A stretch of 64,000 bases of DNA from the NCBI GenBank assembly GCA_947626095.1, contig CANQQV010000010.1:1-64000 (forward strand), given 5' to 3'. The notes under the pieces were generated by a model, which was not told the DNA's origin, searched no databases, and saw nothing but the letters and a program-made list of their open reading frames with translations. The translations under genes and the position numbers were made by a program. This document shows positions 43,533 through 53,860 of this stretch, piece by piece; the first letter of the stretch is position 1, and every line of letters starts with the position of its first letter. The DNA comes from an uncultured Bacilli bacterium. GTDB lineage: Bacteria > Bacillota_I > Bacilli_A > RF39 > UBA660.

Positions 43533-44441
43533 TTATATTAAAAAGGGTTTTTTACTTTTACGGTGTCCACCATACACTTCATAACAATCACTGATTATGA
43601 AGAAGGCTTGGGGATCGATTTGTTCAATAACATTTTTGAACATATAATAATGCTTGGTTGGAATAACACACATGATGATGTTATTAGCTTTATTGGTATA
43701 GCCACCATCAGTTCGCATGATTGTATAACCTGTATCCATAGTGGAAATAAAATCTTTGACTTGTTCTGGTTTTTTCGTAACAATATAGAACATTTTACTA
43801 TCGGATATACCTAACATTATTTTGTCAATTAGGATACTATTTATAACAATTACTATGACAGCATAGATTGCTTTATTAACCCCAAAAATCATTGCTCCTG
43901 ATAAAATTACTAAGATATTAAAACTAAATGAAGCAACGCCCGTTGGAATTTTTAGGTATTTATTTAAAATTTGGATAATAATATCCGAGCCACCAGTAGT
44001 AAAACCAGCTTTATATATAAAGCCATTGGCCGTACCAAAAAGACAACCACTTAATAAAGCGACTAAGATAAAATCATCAAATACTAATTTTGTTGCTAGA
44101 TAATCACAAAGTCCACTAGTTAGTGAAACAAACATCGGATATAATAATGATCCAACTATTGTTAAGCCTGTGTTTCGCGGTCCTAAGAAAAAGAAACTTA
44201 AAAATAAAAAGGTTACGTTAACAATCAATAAAAAGGTTGCTGAATCAATATTAAAAGCATCATGTAAAATAATGGCTATACCACTAGTTCCCCCTATTAC
44301 TAAGTTATTATGTAACAAAAATAAGTTATAGTTTATAGCTAAAACTAAAGAACCAACTATTGTTATTAATAATCTAGGCCAAAAATTTTTTGAGAATACT
44401 TCGTCGATTATCTGTTTATAATCAAACTTCATATCTTTCAC
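43533..44441 (-). CDS. YitT family membrane protein
   Basis: GG.SG, G.TTGG.DI, G.T.....GGY, IDP.AF motifs. Confidence 0.88.
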   Translation of the reverse strand: MKDMKFDYKQIIDEVFSKNFWPRLLITIVGSLVLAINYNLFLLHNNLVIGGTSGIAIILHDAFNIDSATFLLIVNVTFLFLSFFFLGPRNTGLTIVGSLLYPMFVSLTSGLCDYLATKLVFDDFILVALLSGCLFGTANGFIYKAGFTTGGSDIIIQILNKYLKIPTGVASFSFNILVILSGAMIFGVNKAIYAVIVIVINSILIDKIMLGISDSKMFYIVTKKPEQVKDFISTMDTGYTIMRTDGGYTNKANNIIMCVIPTKHYYMFKNVIEQIDPQAFFIISDCYEVYGGHRKSKKPFLI

Positions 44442-44475
44442 CTATTATTTATTATACTATAAATATTTTTTTTTG

Positions 44476-44484
44476 CATATATTT
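44476..44484 (+). promoter_or_regulatory. Putative sigmaE-type -10 element upstream of gerQ
   Basis: CATATATTT just before RBS GAGGTG; gerQ is sigmaE-controlled in Bacillus subtilis. Confidence 0.45.
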
Positions 44485-44503
44485 ATATCGAGGTGAAATT
44501 ATA

Positions 44504-44860
44504 ATGGAAGGTAGTTATTATCAAAATCCTAAATTTCCAACAATTGAAGGTGATAGAGAAAATAGTAGTTATGAAAGTGGTTACCAAGCGGGACAGTTGC
44601 AAGACATGCCAATGCAACAAAGTTATATCGAAAATATTTTAAGGCATAACAAAGGCAAAAAGGTTAAAGCTTACGTTAGTTTCCCTGATGCTAATGAGTG
44701 GAAAGATAAAATATTTGAAGGAACAATTGAGCAAGCCGGAAGAGATCATTTAATCATTAGAGATCCTAGTAATGGACATTGGTATTTAATTTTAATGATT
44801 TATTTAGATTTTGTTGAATTTGACGAAAAAATTGATTATACCGAGATTAAATTCTATTAA
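44504..44860 (+). CDS. gerQ: Spore coat protein GerQ
   Basis: QSYIENILR.N.GK, F.G.IE.AGRDH.I..DP..G..YL.LMIYLD motifs; start moved to ATG 44504. Confidence 0.9.
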   Translation: MEGSYYQNPKFPTIEGDRENSSYESGYQAGQLQDMPMQQSYIENILRHNKGKKVKAYVSFPDANEWKDKIFEGTIEQAGRDHLIIRDPSNGHWYLILMIYLDFVEFDEKIDYTEIKFY

Positions 44861-44888
44861 CAAAAAAAGATAAATTGCTTTATCTTTT

Positions 44889-45560
44889 TTATTGTGATTG
44901 TTGATTTGTTTGATTGTTAGCAGTTCCAGGATTATTTTGTGGATTAGGATTAGGTATTGGACCTGGAGCAGGTGCTGCTGGTTTTGGTGCTGCTGGTGCT
45001 GGAGCAGGCATTGGAGCTGCTGGCATTGGAGCAGGAGCTACTGGTTGAGCAACATTACCAAATTCTAGACCATTAATATAATTAACAATCTTATTAACAA
45101 ATTCATTAATCTTCTTAGTAATAGGATTTTCTTTTGTTGGTTTATTTTGAATTGTAGATACTATAAATGTGAATTTAACTACTAAGAATAAGAAGCTAAC
45201 AACACTATCAGCCATATCAACTATGTTAGAAAGTGGAGTCAAGAAGTAATTATTTAATGATGAGAAGTCTATCTTATCACTGTAATCTAAGAATGAATTA
45301 ATTGTTTCAAGTAAATCATTAATTAAACCAAAGACTACATCAATTCCTCCAACAATAAGATCCCAAGCAGTACTAACTATAGCGTAAGCAGCATAAAATG
45401 TTACTACTCTAGTAATTATTGACTTAATCTTATCATCAACCTCACAAAATAATAACATTAAAATAACTACTAGTAATAGAGTTTGCCATCCAGCAAATAA
45501 ACATGCTAATAGGATTATTCCAGCTAAACCAGGATTAATTTTTATTTTATTAGTATTCAT
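44889..45560 (-). CDS. Membrane protein with Pro/Ala-rich C-terminal tail
   Basis: Several hydrophobic segments, then (P)APAPMPAAPMPAPAPAAPKP. Confidence 0.75.
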   Translation of the reverse strand: MNTNKIKINPGLAGIILLACLFAGWQTLLLVVILMLLFCEVDDKIKSIITRVVTFYAAYAIVSTAWDLIVGGIDVVFGLINDLLETINSFLDYSDKIDFSSLNNYFLTPLSNIVDMADSVVSFLFLVVKFTFIVSTIQNKPTKENPITKKINEFVNKIVNYINGLEFGNVAQPVAPAPMPAAPMPAPAPAAPKPAAPAPGPIPNPNPQNNPGTANNQTNQQSQ

Positions 45561-45639
45561 ATTCTACACCCTTTCTATTATCAATTATATTATGTTTTTG
45601 ATTGTTCAGCAATAACAAATATTAGTAAATTAAAAAGAT

Positions 45640-46140
45640 TTAGTTGTAGTAATAACTAAATCTCTTTTTTTCTTCACCGAGAGTTGTTTGAGGGCCATGA
45701 CCTGGATAAAGAGTTATATTATCGGGATATTTTTCGATTAAATGAAGGCTATAAAGCATATCTTTATCACTGCCACCCAAATCAGTACGACCTATACCGT
45801 CTTTAAAGATAAAATCACCAGTAAACATAATATTGTCTTCTTTAAAGTAGAAGATACGTGAATCAAAAGTATGGCCTGGAGTTTCAATGATAGCGAAATT
45901 AAATTTTTTACTTTTAACTTTGTTTATTTCTAGGTTATAAGTACTTAGGACTTCTTCTAAAGCACCAATATGATCTTGATGAAAATGTGTTATTAAGCAG
46001 CCTACAACTTGATAATTTTTAACAGCATTTTTTATTTTATTAAAATCATCGCCAGGATCAACAATAAGACATTCATTATCAATAGAGACAATATAACAAT
46101 TTGTTTCTAATGATCCAACAACAATCTTTTCTATGTTCAT
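45640..46140 (-). CDS. MBL-fold metallo-hydrolase (glyoxalase II-like)
   Basis: THFHQDHIG, TPGHT, FTGD, GRTDL, PGHG motifs; start moved to 46140. Confidence 0.9.
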   Translation of the reverse strand: MNIEKIVVGSLETNCYIVSIDNECLIVDPGDDFNKIKNAVKNYQVVGCLITHFHQDHIGALEEVLSTYNLEINKVKSKKFNFAIIETPGHTFDSRIFYFKEDNIMFTGDFIFKDGIGRTDLGGSDKDMLYSLHLIEKYPDNITLYPGHGPQTTLGEEKKRFSYYYN

Positions 46141-46229
46141 AATACTCACCTCTTTACATTTTATTATAAATATACTAGTTTGTAAATTTAATATTATGCT
46201 ATAATTTAAGTAGAATTGAGGTTTTGTAT

Positions 46230-46775
46230 ATGCCATTATTATATAGTTTTTTATTTATAATTATTATTATTTGTGCATTAGGAATATTATATGTTTATCA
46301 GTTTAATAAATTAATGCATTCAAAAACTAAAATAGATCAGGCGGAATACTTAATTGATGAGGCTTTAAGAAATAGATATGATATCTTACTTAGAGCAGAT
46401 AAATTAATTCAAACAGAGTTAAAAAACGATAAAACTTATTTTAAAGGCTTAGATAAGATAAAAAAAGAAGATATTAGTAATTTTGATTTAGATCGTAAGT
46501 TAACAGAATATTTAAATTTATTAGAACAAATTAAAATAGATAATCCAACTTTAGGTGATGTTAAAGGTCTTAAAGATTTATTAAATGAAAATAAAAAAGA
46601 AGGCGAAAAATTACAAGCTGCTAAGTCTTATTATAATAAGTATACTAGTGAACTTAATGATTTGATTAGAACTTTTCCTTCTAATGTCGTAGCTAAGATG
46701 CATGGAATTAATATTAAAGCTTTCTTTGATGGAAAGAATTTAGAAGATACGATTATAGATGACTTTAAATTATGA
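46230..46775 (+). CDS. LemA family protein
   Basis: N-terminal TM; L..RYD, YN.....N..I..FP.N.VA motifs. Confidence 0.85.
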   Translation: MPLLYSFLFIIIIICALGILYVYQFNKLMHSKTKIDQAEYLIDEALRNRYDILLRADKLIQTELKNDKTYFKGLDKIKKEDISNFDLDRKLTEYLNLLEQIKIDNPTLGDVKGLKDLLNENKKEGEKLQAAKSYYNKYTSELNDLIRTFPSNVVAKMHGINIKAFFDGKNLEDTIIDDFKL

Positions 46776-46795
46776 AAACTCTACAATGTAGAGTT

Positions 46796-47464
46796 TTATT
46801 TTTTTGTTAAATCCCAGTCTATTTCTTTTAGATTGTGACTTTTTAGAAAGTTGTTAGTTTTAGAAAATGGTTTACTACCAAAGAAACCACTACGAGCTGA
46901 AAATGGTGATGGATGAGGAGAAGTTATTATTAAGTGGTTTGGGTTAGTAATGTATTTAGCTTTTTCTTTAGCAAAGTTACCCCACAAGATAAAAACAACT
47001 GGTTCTTCTTTTTGATTTAGGACTTTAATTATATAATCAGTAAGAAGTTCCCAACCTAAGTTACGATGAGAAGCTGGGGAATCTTTGACAACCGTTAAGA
47101 CAGCATTAAGCATTAGAACTCCTTCTTTGCCCCACTTAGTTAAATCGCCTGATTCAGCTATGGGAATATTTAAATCATCGTGGAGTTCTTTATATATGTT
47201 TTGTAAGGAAGGAGGAATTTTGACGCCTTCTTGTACCGAAAAAGATAAGCCATGAGCTTCGCCCTCACCATGATATGGATCTTGGCCGACAATTACTACT
47301 TTGGTATTGGAATAAGGTGTTAATTTAAGAGCATTAAAAATATAGTTTTTAGGTGGGTAGATGGTTTTTGTTTGATATTCCTTATCAACAATACTCATAA
47401 ATCGCTTAAATCCTTCACTATGCCAAATAATACTTAGTTTTTCATCCCAATCATTACCAATCAT
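46796..47464 (-). CDS. ung: Uracil-DNA glycosylase (family 1)
   Basis: GQDPYH, PPSL.NI, LN..LTV, HPSP.S motifs. Confidence 0.97.
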   Translation of the reverse strand: MIGNDWDEKLSIIWHSEGFKRFMSIVDKEYQTKTIYPPKNYIFNALKLTPYSNTKVVIVGQDPYHGEGEAHGLSFSVQEGVKIPPSLQNIYKELHDDLNIPIAESGDLTKWGKEGVLMLNAVLTVVKDSPASHRNLGWELLTDYIIKVLNQKEEPVVFILWGNFAKEKAKYITNPNHLIITSPHPSPFSARSGFFGSKPFSKTNNFLKSHNLKEIDWDLTKK

Positions 47465-47533
47465 ATAATCACCTTCTTTGTTTAATTTATCATATTTTAT
47501 ATAGATTGTTAAGAAAGAAAAACAATGAAAAGA

Positions 47534-47971
47534 TTATTTATGATACTTTTCATTGTTTAATATTTTAAATGAACGATATATTTGTTCTAAAAGGATTCCT
47601 CTAAATAAGCCATGAGGGAAAGTCATTTTAGAAAAAGATAAACGGAAGTTAGCTATTTGTTTAAGTTCTTCATGAAGGCCTTCACTACTACCAATTAGAA
47701 AAGTTATTGTGCTATGCGTAATAAAAGTTTCATCAATCTTTTTAGCAAGAGATACTGAATCAAGCATTGTGCCATCAATATCTAAAGCTATTATATAATC
47801 TTCTTTACCAAGATGTTTTTCAATATTTATTTTCTCATTTGATAGATTATTTTCATCTTTAAGTTCAACTATTTCTAGTTTGTGATATTTATTGATACGT
47901 TCTTGGTAATCTTTGATTAATTTATTTAGATAATCTTCTTTTATTTTGCCTAAACAGATTATTTTAATCAT
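47534..47971 (-). CDS. rlmH: 23S rRNA pseudouridine-1915 N3-methyltransferase
   Basis: SFS.MTFPH, EQ.YR...I.....YHK motifs. Confidence 0.95.
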   Translation of the reverse strand: MIKIICLGKIKEDYLNKLIKDYQERINKYHKLEIVELKDENNLSNEKINIEKHLGKEDYIIALDIDGTMLDSVSLAKKIDETFITHSTITFLIGSSEGLHEELKQIANFRLSFSKMTFPHGLFRGILLEQIYRSFKILNNEKYHK

Positions 47972-48732
47972 AGTTCTATCAACTCACTTCGTTCTTTTTG
48001 GCGAGCGCATGAAACATTAGTAAAATCTATGTCATATTCTTTAAATACTTCTTTTAATGTTTCTAAGGCTTTTTCTTCAGTGTTGTTATGTTGAGACAAA
48101 TGGCTTAGTAAGATCTTTTTGGTATTTGGACCGATTATTTTAGCTAGATAAATAGCACTATCGCGATTAGATAAGTGACCATAAGGTCCAGCAACACGAT
48201 CTTTTAACCATTTAGGATATGGGCCATTCATTAGCATTTCGATATCGTGATTACTTTCAAATAAGTAAAAATCGAGATTACTAATTTTTTTAAAATATTT
48301 TTGGTTAATAAAGCCAGTATCAGTCATATAAAGCATAGATTTACCATTGCTCTTTAAGATGTAACTACGAGAATCAGAAGTATCGTGGGATGTTTTAATG
48401 ATATCGACAGTTAGATCATCTAAATATACAGCATCATCAAATAAAAGAATATTTTCATAGTATTTAAGATATTCTAGTTCAGAAAACATTTGGGGACTTA
48501 AACAAATAGTTGGTTTATATTTTTTTATTATATTTTTTAAAGCTTTGATATGGTCGTCATGTACATGAGTAATAAAGATATAGTCTATATCTTCTAAATT
48601 AACAGAAAGCTCAGAAAGTTGGTCTTTAATGTACTTAATTGTTGTTCCAGCATCTAATAATATTTTATGATTATCTGTTTCAACGTATGTTACATTGCCT
48701 TCTGAGCCACTTGCTAAATTACAAATTTTCAT
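47968..48732 (-). CDS. yycJ: YycJ/WalJ-like MBL-fold hydrolase
   Basis: LASGS.GN, TH.H.DH, TDTG, ESNHD..ML..GPYP..LK.R, GHLSN, HLS..NN motifs. Confidence 0.88.
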   Translation of the reverse strand: MKICNLASGSEGNVTYVETDNHKILLDAGTTIKYIKDQLSELSVNLEDIDYIFITHVHDDHIKALKNIIKKYKPTICLSPQMFSELEYLKYYENILLFDDAVYLDDLTVDIIKTSHDTSDSRSYILKSNGKSMLYMTDTGFINQKYFKKISNLDFYLFESNHDIEMLMNGPYPKWLKDRVAGPYGHLSNRDSAIYLAKIIGPNTKKILLSHLSQHNNTEEKALETLKEVFKEYDIDFTNVSCARQKERSELIEL

Positions 48733-50282
48733 TATTTCCATAACCTTAGTGGATTAATTGATTTACCACCATTGTATGGACGACCATTAAATAAACCAAA
48801 GTGAAGATGAACACCAGTTGCAACTCCTGTTTTACCCATTAAACCAATACGTTGTCCTCGTTTAACTCTCTGCCCTACAGAGACTATCATCGCACATTCA
48901 GAAGTTTTATATTGACGATATGGAACGTCTGTTTTGTACTTAGTAGACATGTGACCATATAAAGTATAGTAGCCATTATCATGTTCTATTACGACGTTAC
49001 AACCTGATGATTTACCAGCTATACCACCCCATCCAGCATTGATTACAACACCATCTAAAGCAGCATATATTGGTGAGTTATCACCAGTACCAGAAATATC
49101 AATACCATCATGGAATGAACCCCAACGCCATTCATAACCAGAAGTTATTTTGTAAGGATGGTTAGTTGGCCAATACCATTCACCACCTAGATCTAAAGGT
49201 TTACCAGTAATGCCACCACCACTTGAACGTTTTTTAGTTCCTTTAACAACTATCTTATTTTGAATATTACGAACTATAGATTCAGTTTTTAAATCAACAC
49301 GTTGTTGGTTTTCTTCACCGTTTATAAATTGGGCACGGGAAGAGATACGGCTTATACCGTTTATTCCTTCTTGGATAGTTTCAGAATAATCAGTATATTT
49401 AGTATTATCTTCTTGATAGACTGTTTGATATTGTTGTTCGACATCTTCAACAATGTACTCTTCATAAACAAAGGTTAAGACAGGGTTGATTAAGGATACG
49501 TCGAGTTTTTGACCTATAGCAAGTAAAGTATCAACACTTTTAATATTTTGATTAGCTATTAGTAATTCACTAGTATTTAATTTGTTATTTTCAGCGATTT
49601 TTTCGATGGTATCACCTTGAACAACCGTATATTCTTTAACATCATTATTTTCACCAAATAATAAGTATCTAGTTAAATCAGCAACATCAGTATATATTTT
49701 TTCATCAACACTGATATAGGCTTCTTTAATAGAAATATCTTCTTCAAATAACATTCTTTCAATTATGAAACCAGTATCTGATATTTCAGGTTGTAAACCT
49801 TCGATATACTGATTATAACGTTCTTCAGTAACGAAAGTCTTAGCCACGTTTTTAATAGCTTCTTCAAAAATAGATTTATCTAATACATAAATATATTTAG
49901 TAGGATTTTCTTCATCATCACTTTTAATAGTTATAGTATATCCCTTAATTGTAAAAGTTTTTTCGTCTTTAATATAATCATATACTTCTCTAGCAGATGA
50001 CAATTTTTCTTCAAAGGTATTTTTAGGGACAATTTGGAAGCCCTTTGGTGGATATACTTGATCAACTTTATATTCGTTTTTTATTTCACTTTGTTCTTCG
50101 TTAATAAGTTTGTATAATTCGTCTTTAGAATTAATTATCCCTATTTTTACACCATCTAAATATACTTGATATAAGTTATTAGGATTTTCACTATCATTTT
50201 CAAAAAAGAAGTTAAGGCCAAGAAGACCACCTAATAAAATAGTAAAGATAGTAGATAAAATAATACTTTTTGTTTTATGCAT
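48732..50282 (-). CDS. LysM-G5-M23 peptidoglycan endopeptidase
   Basis: N-terminal TM; YTV..GDT...IA LysM, G5-like V.KGTK, H.GID and HLHF M23 motifs. Confidence 0.9.
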   Translation of the reverse strand: MHKTKSIILSTIFTILLGGLLGLNFFFENDSENPNNLYQVYLDGVKIGIINSKDELYKLINEEQSEIKNEYKVDQVYPPKGFQIVPKNTFEEKLSSAREVYDYIKDEKTFTIKGYTITIKSDDEENPTKYIYVLDKSIFEEAIKNVAKTFVTEERYNQYIEGLQPEISDTGFIIERMLFEEDISIKEAYISVDEKIYTDVADLTRYLLFGENNDVKEYTVVQGDTIEKIAENNKLNTSELLIANQNIKSVDTLLAIGQKLDVSLINPVLTFVYEEYIVEDVEQQYQTVYQEDNTKYTDYSETIQEGINGISRISSRAQFINGEENQQRVDLKTESIVRNIQNKIVVKGTKKRSSGGGITGKPLDLGGEWYWPTNHPYKITSGYEWRWGSFHDGIDISGTGDNSPIYAALDGVVINAGWGGIAGKSSGCNVVIEHDNGYYTLYGHMSTKYKTDVPYRQYKTSECAMIVSVGQRVKRGQRIGLMGKTGVATGVHLHFGLFNGRPYNGGKSINPLRLWK

Positions 50283-51633
50283 TTTCATCTTCCTTTTCCG
50301 TCGCCAAATAATTTCTAAAATTACTCATGTTAAGCTCGAATAGTAATTGGAATTTACCAGTAGATCCTTTACGATGCTTAGCGACAATTATATCAGCGGG
50401 AACATTATTTTCTTTATTTAATTCAGTTTTAGCTTTGTAATAATCATTACGATTAATAAATAGAACTAAATCGGCATCTTGCTCGATTGAACCTGATTCA
50501 CGTAAGTCAGCTAACATTGGCTGATTATTTTCACGTTTTTCAGCAGTACGGTTTAATTGCGCTAAAGCAATTACGGGAACTTTTAATTCCATAGCCATCG
50601 TTTTAAAGGCACGGGAAATTTCAGATACTTCTCTTTCACGAGAATCTGGACGTTTACCACCACTAGTTACTAATTGTAGGTAGTCGATGATAACAAGCGC
50701 TAGCCCCTCTTCTTTATTAGCTAGATTACGGCATTTAGCTTTTATTTCAGCCGCTGTAATACCAGCATCATCAACAATTTGAATATTAGTATCAGCTAAC
50801 TGACTATTAGCTTCATTAATTCTTTTCCAATCATCATGGTTTAATTGACCCGTTTGAAGTTTTTTAGAATCTACTTGACCAACAGCTGAACGCATACGAT
50901 TAACTAGTTGTTCAGCTGGCATTTCTAAGTTAAAGATAGCGACAGCTTTTTTAGTATTTTTAGCAGCATTAACAGCAATATTTAAAGCAAAAGCTGTTTT
51001 ACCCATACCAGGACGGGCAGCAACGATGATAAGTTCACCTTCATGTAAGCCAGATGTTGTTTTATCTAAGTCATAGAAACCAGTTGGAACACCAGTAATC
51101 TCTGATTTGTTTTTAGATAGTAATTCTAGTTGTTCTTGAGCTCTAGCAACAGCATCTTTAATATGGATAAAGTCGCTCGTTTGACGCTCTTTAACAACAT
51201 TTAATATTCTTTTTTCAGCTTCATCTAAAGTACGAGTAACATCTTCGTCTTCTTCGTAAGCATCTGTTACGATATCAGTAGCTGTTTCAATTAAGTTACG
51301 CATGATAGCTTTATCTTTGACTATTTTAATATAGTAATCAAGGTTTGCAGCAGTAGCAACTGAATCGATTACTTCGCTGATGTAATCAATACCACCAACG
51401 GAAGATAAGTTTTTCTTTTTATCTAATTCTTCTTTTATAGTTGTTATATCAATTGGTATTTTATTTTCGTAACAACTTTTTATTGCAGCAAATAACTTTT
51501 TATTGGCATCACTATAGAACATGTCTTCATATAGTTCATCACAAATTTTTGTAACGGCATTTTTATTTAAGAATGCAACACCTAAAACACTCATTTCTGC
51601 TTCTAAGTTTTGGGGCATTTTTCTTGTTGGCAT
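50275..51633 (-). CDS. dnaB: Replicative DNA helicase
   Basis: AARPGMGKT, IDYLQL, QLNR, DLRESGSIEQDAD motifs. Confidence 0.98.
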   Translation of the reverse strand: MPTRKMPQNLEAEMSVLGVAFLNKNAVTKICDELYEDMFYSDANKKLFAAIKSCYENKIPIDITTIKEELDKKKNLSSVGGIDYISEVIDSVATAANLDYYIKIVKDKAIMRNLIETATDIVTDAYEEDEDVTRTLDEAEKRILNVVKERQTSDFIHIKDAVARAQEQLELLSKNKSEITGVPTGFYDLDKTTSGLHEGELIIVAARPGMGKTAFALNIAVNAAKNTKKAVAIFNLEMPAEQLVNRMRSAVGQVDSKKLQTGQLNHDDWKRINEANSQLADTNIQIVDDAGITAAEIKAKCRNLANKEEGLALVIIDYLQLVTSGGKRPDSREREVSEISRAFKTMAMELKVPVIALAQLNRTAEKRENNQPMLADLRESGSIEQDADLVLFINRNDYYKAKTELNKENNVPADIIVAKHRKGSTGKFQLLFELNMSNFRNYLATEKEDENA

Positions 51634-51642
51634 TATTATCAC

Positions 51643-52083
51643 CTACTTTTTAAGGGTTACTTTAATTACTCCTTTAACTTTTTTATGTAATTCAACTTCT
51701 ATATTATGAGTTCCTAATGAATCAATAGGATAAGTTATATTAATCTTCTTTTTATCAATATCGATTCCTTGTTTTTTTAGTTCTTCACATATTTGTTTAG
51801 AAGATACTGTACCGAAGACTTTATCTTGTTCTCCAGTTTTAACTTTAATAACTACTTCAATATTTTTAAGTTTTTCAACAATTTTTTCGCATTCAGCAAT
51901 ATAAGCATCTTCTTTAGCTTTTCTTTCATCTAATTCTTTAGCTAAAATTTTCTTACTAGTTGTTGTAGCGGCAACGGCTAGGCCATTTTTAATTAGGAAA
52001 TTTCTAGCATATCCATCACTAACATCAATTATTTGATCTTTTTTCCCCTGCTTTTTAACATCTTGAAGTAAAATAACTTTCAT
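51643..52083 (-). CDS. rplI: 50S ribosomal protein L9
   Basis: MKVILL.DV...GK, V..GYARNFL motifs; start 52083. Confidence 0.97.
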   Translation of the reverse strand: MKVILLQDVKKQGKKDQIIDVSDGYARNFLIKNGLAVAATTTSKKILAKELDERKAKEDAYIAECEKIVEKLKNIEVVIKVKTGEQDKVFGTVSSKQICEELKKQGIDIDKKKINITYPIDSLGTHNIEVELHKKVKGVIKVTLKK

Positions 52084-52200
52084 TTTATCACTCCTCAATA
52101 AATGTCTGTATTTAATTATACCAAATATTAATTAATTAATAAATACCATGGTTAATTGCTTAATGGTTAATATTATAGCATAAAAAAAACAAATAGTTTC

Positions 52201-52512
52201 CTATTTGTTTCCCATTGCATCTGTAATTTGTGAACCAACTTTAATATCAGCTTCTTCATTACGATTAGTAACTGTATAAATATGATTTTTCATTGTAACA
52301 ACATTACTATAGAATACTTCGTAATTTCTTCTTAATTCTTGATAACGAGCATTTGCTTCTTCAGCTCCACTACTACGCCACCCTTCGCCATATAAGCTGT
52401 TCATTGTTGTATCTATACCATCAAAAACTCCTTGAATATTATCAGCTATTCCTTTGATTGTATCAGCATATGATCTTGCTGATGCATAGTCAGATTGTTC
52501 AAATTCGTTCAT
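52201..52512 (-). CDS. WXG100-like protein
   Basis: 103-aa helix-turn-helix pattern with central W (GEGWRSSGA). Confidence 0.75.
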   Translation of the reverse strand: MNEFEQSDYASARSYADTIKGIADNIQGVFDGIDTTMNSLYGEGWRSSGAEEANARYQELRRNYEVFYSNVVTMKNHIYTVTNRNEEADIKVGSQITDAMGNK

Positions 52513-52526
52513 ATAATATTTCCTTT

Positions 52527-52832
52527 CTATTGTTCAAATAAATTTTTTCCCTCTTGGGCATTTTGTTCTTCAGTTTCGTTTAAAGTATTTGCTCCACTTG
52601 AAATTGTTTCTCCTAATGTATTTATTAAGGCTTCAAATTCATTAAGATTATTTACTTGAGCATCTACTGATGTTCCAAAATTATTTGCAGAGTCACCACG
52701 CCAAATATCTAATAATCCTTCTTTATTTCTTTGTAATTGTTCTATTTGATCGTGTAATTGATTTGCATATTCTACTGTTTTTCTTCCTTGTTCATCCATT
52801 ACTTCTGGAGATACATATAGTCCGTTTGCCAT
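52527..52832 (-). CDS. WXG100 family protein
   Basis: V.PE N-terminus and central WRGDSA; about 100 aa; start moved to 52832. Confidence 0.85.
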   Translation of the reverse strand: MANGLYVSPEVMDEQGRKTVEYANQLHDQIEQLQRNKEGLLDIWRGDSANNFGTSVDAQVNNLNEFEALINTLGETISSGANTLNETEEQNAQEGKNLFEQ

Positions 52833-52931
52833 TTTGCACATCCTCTCTCTATTTTATTTATATCATATTTTGATTTGGCTTTAAAGATTTTTTACTTTTT
52901 GTTTACATATTATCTGGGCCTTTTTATCTTA

Positions 52932-53837
52932 TTAGGCTGTTTGCTCTTTTGCGGTGTCTTCAGAATTATTTTCTTTATATAAAATTGATTTAGCTTGTTC
53001 AGTCACTATAGTTTTGGTTTCGGCTTCAACATTTTCTTTTTCATCAGCATCATCTGCTTTTTCATCTTTTGACTCAGTATCTTCTTTAGTGTCAGCTAAA
53101 GTATCTTTGTATTCCTCAAACATCTTCTTTATTGTTTTTTCTTCTTGGTAGCCTTCAAGTTCTTTTAGAACTTTTCCATTTTTTACTAATGATATTGTAC
53201 TTTCTTTATCGGTTGTTTCGACGAAAGTAACTGGAATTTTATTAGCAATAGCAATTTCTGTGACCATAGCGATGTACTCTTGATTTTTTTTTTCTTTACT
53301 ATTTGCTTTGATAACAAGAGTTGTCTGATCTTTGATTTTATCTTCTAAATCTTTTTCTTCGATAATATTAAATAAACCTGCGGTAATTAATGAAGCAAAT
53401 AGTGGAGTTTCAAATAAATTAACTGTTTCTGGTTCAGTTACGACACCACCATAACCTACGTAACCACCATAGCTACTAGAGCCGTTATATCCGCCATTAT
53501 TATTACCATAATTAAGAGAATTATTTTGACTATTTGTTTCTTGAGGATTATTATTTGGTTCTTCACTTGGGCTAGATTCAAACTTCATGCCATTTTGTAA
53601 GTTTGTATGCGATGATACAACGCTTTTTAAAACGTTCATAGTATTAGAGACTTTAGTGGCACATGCATCAAGATTATTAGCTATTGATGTTTTGGCAGTA
53701 GCAAAATCAAAACCATCTTCATTACTTGTATCATAGCCGCTAACGCTATTTTTAGTTTCTTTAACATTGTTTGCGATAGTATTTAGGGAATCAGCTGATC
53801 CAGTTACACTATCTGTATTTAACATGAAAACTGTCAT
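52932..53837 (-). CDS. WXG-like N-domain, G/Y/N linker, Cys-less thioredoxin-like domain and acidic tail (family D, copy 2)
   Basis: N-terminus paralogous to 55757..56680 (YD..N.DGF.F..AK, VVS.HT.LQ); C-terminal VKNG segment. Confidence 0.7.
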   Translation of the reverse strand: MTVFMLNTDSVTGSADSLNTIANNVKETKNSVSGYDTSNEDGFDFATAKTSIANNLDACATKVSNTMNVLKSVVSSHTNLQNGMKFESSPSEEPNNNPQETNSQNNSLNYGNNNGGYNGSSSYGGYVGYGGVVTEPETVNLFETPLFASLITAGLFNIIEEKDLEDKIKDQTTLVIKANSKEKKNQEYIAMVTEIAIANKIPVTFVETTDKESTISLVKNGKVLKELEGYQEEKTIKKMFEEYKDTLADTKEDTESKDEKADDADEKENVEAETKTIVTEQAKSILYKENNSEDTAKEQTA

Positions 53838-53860
53838 ATTATTTCCTCCTATTTTATTAA

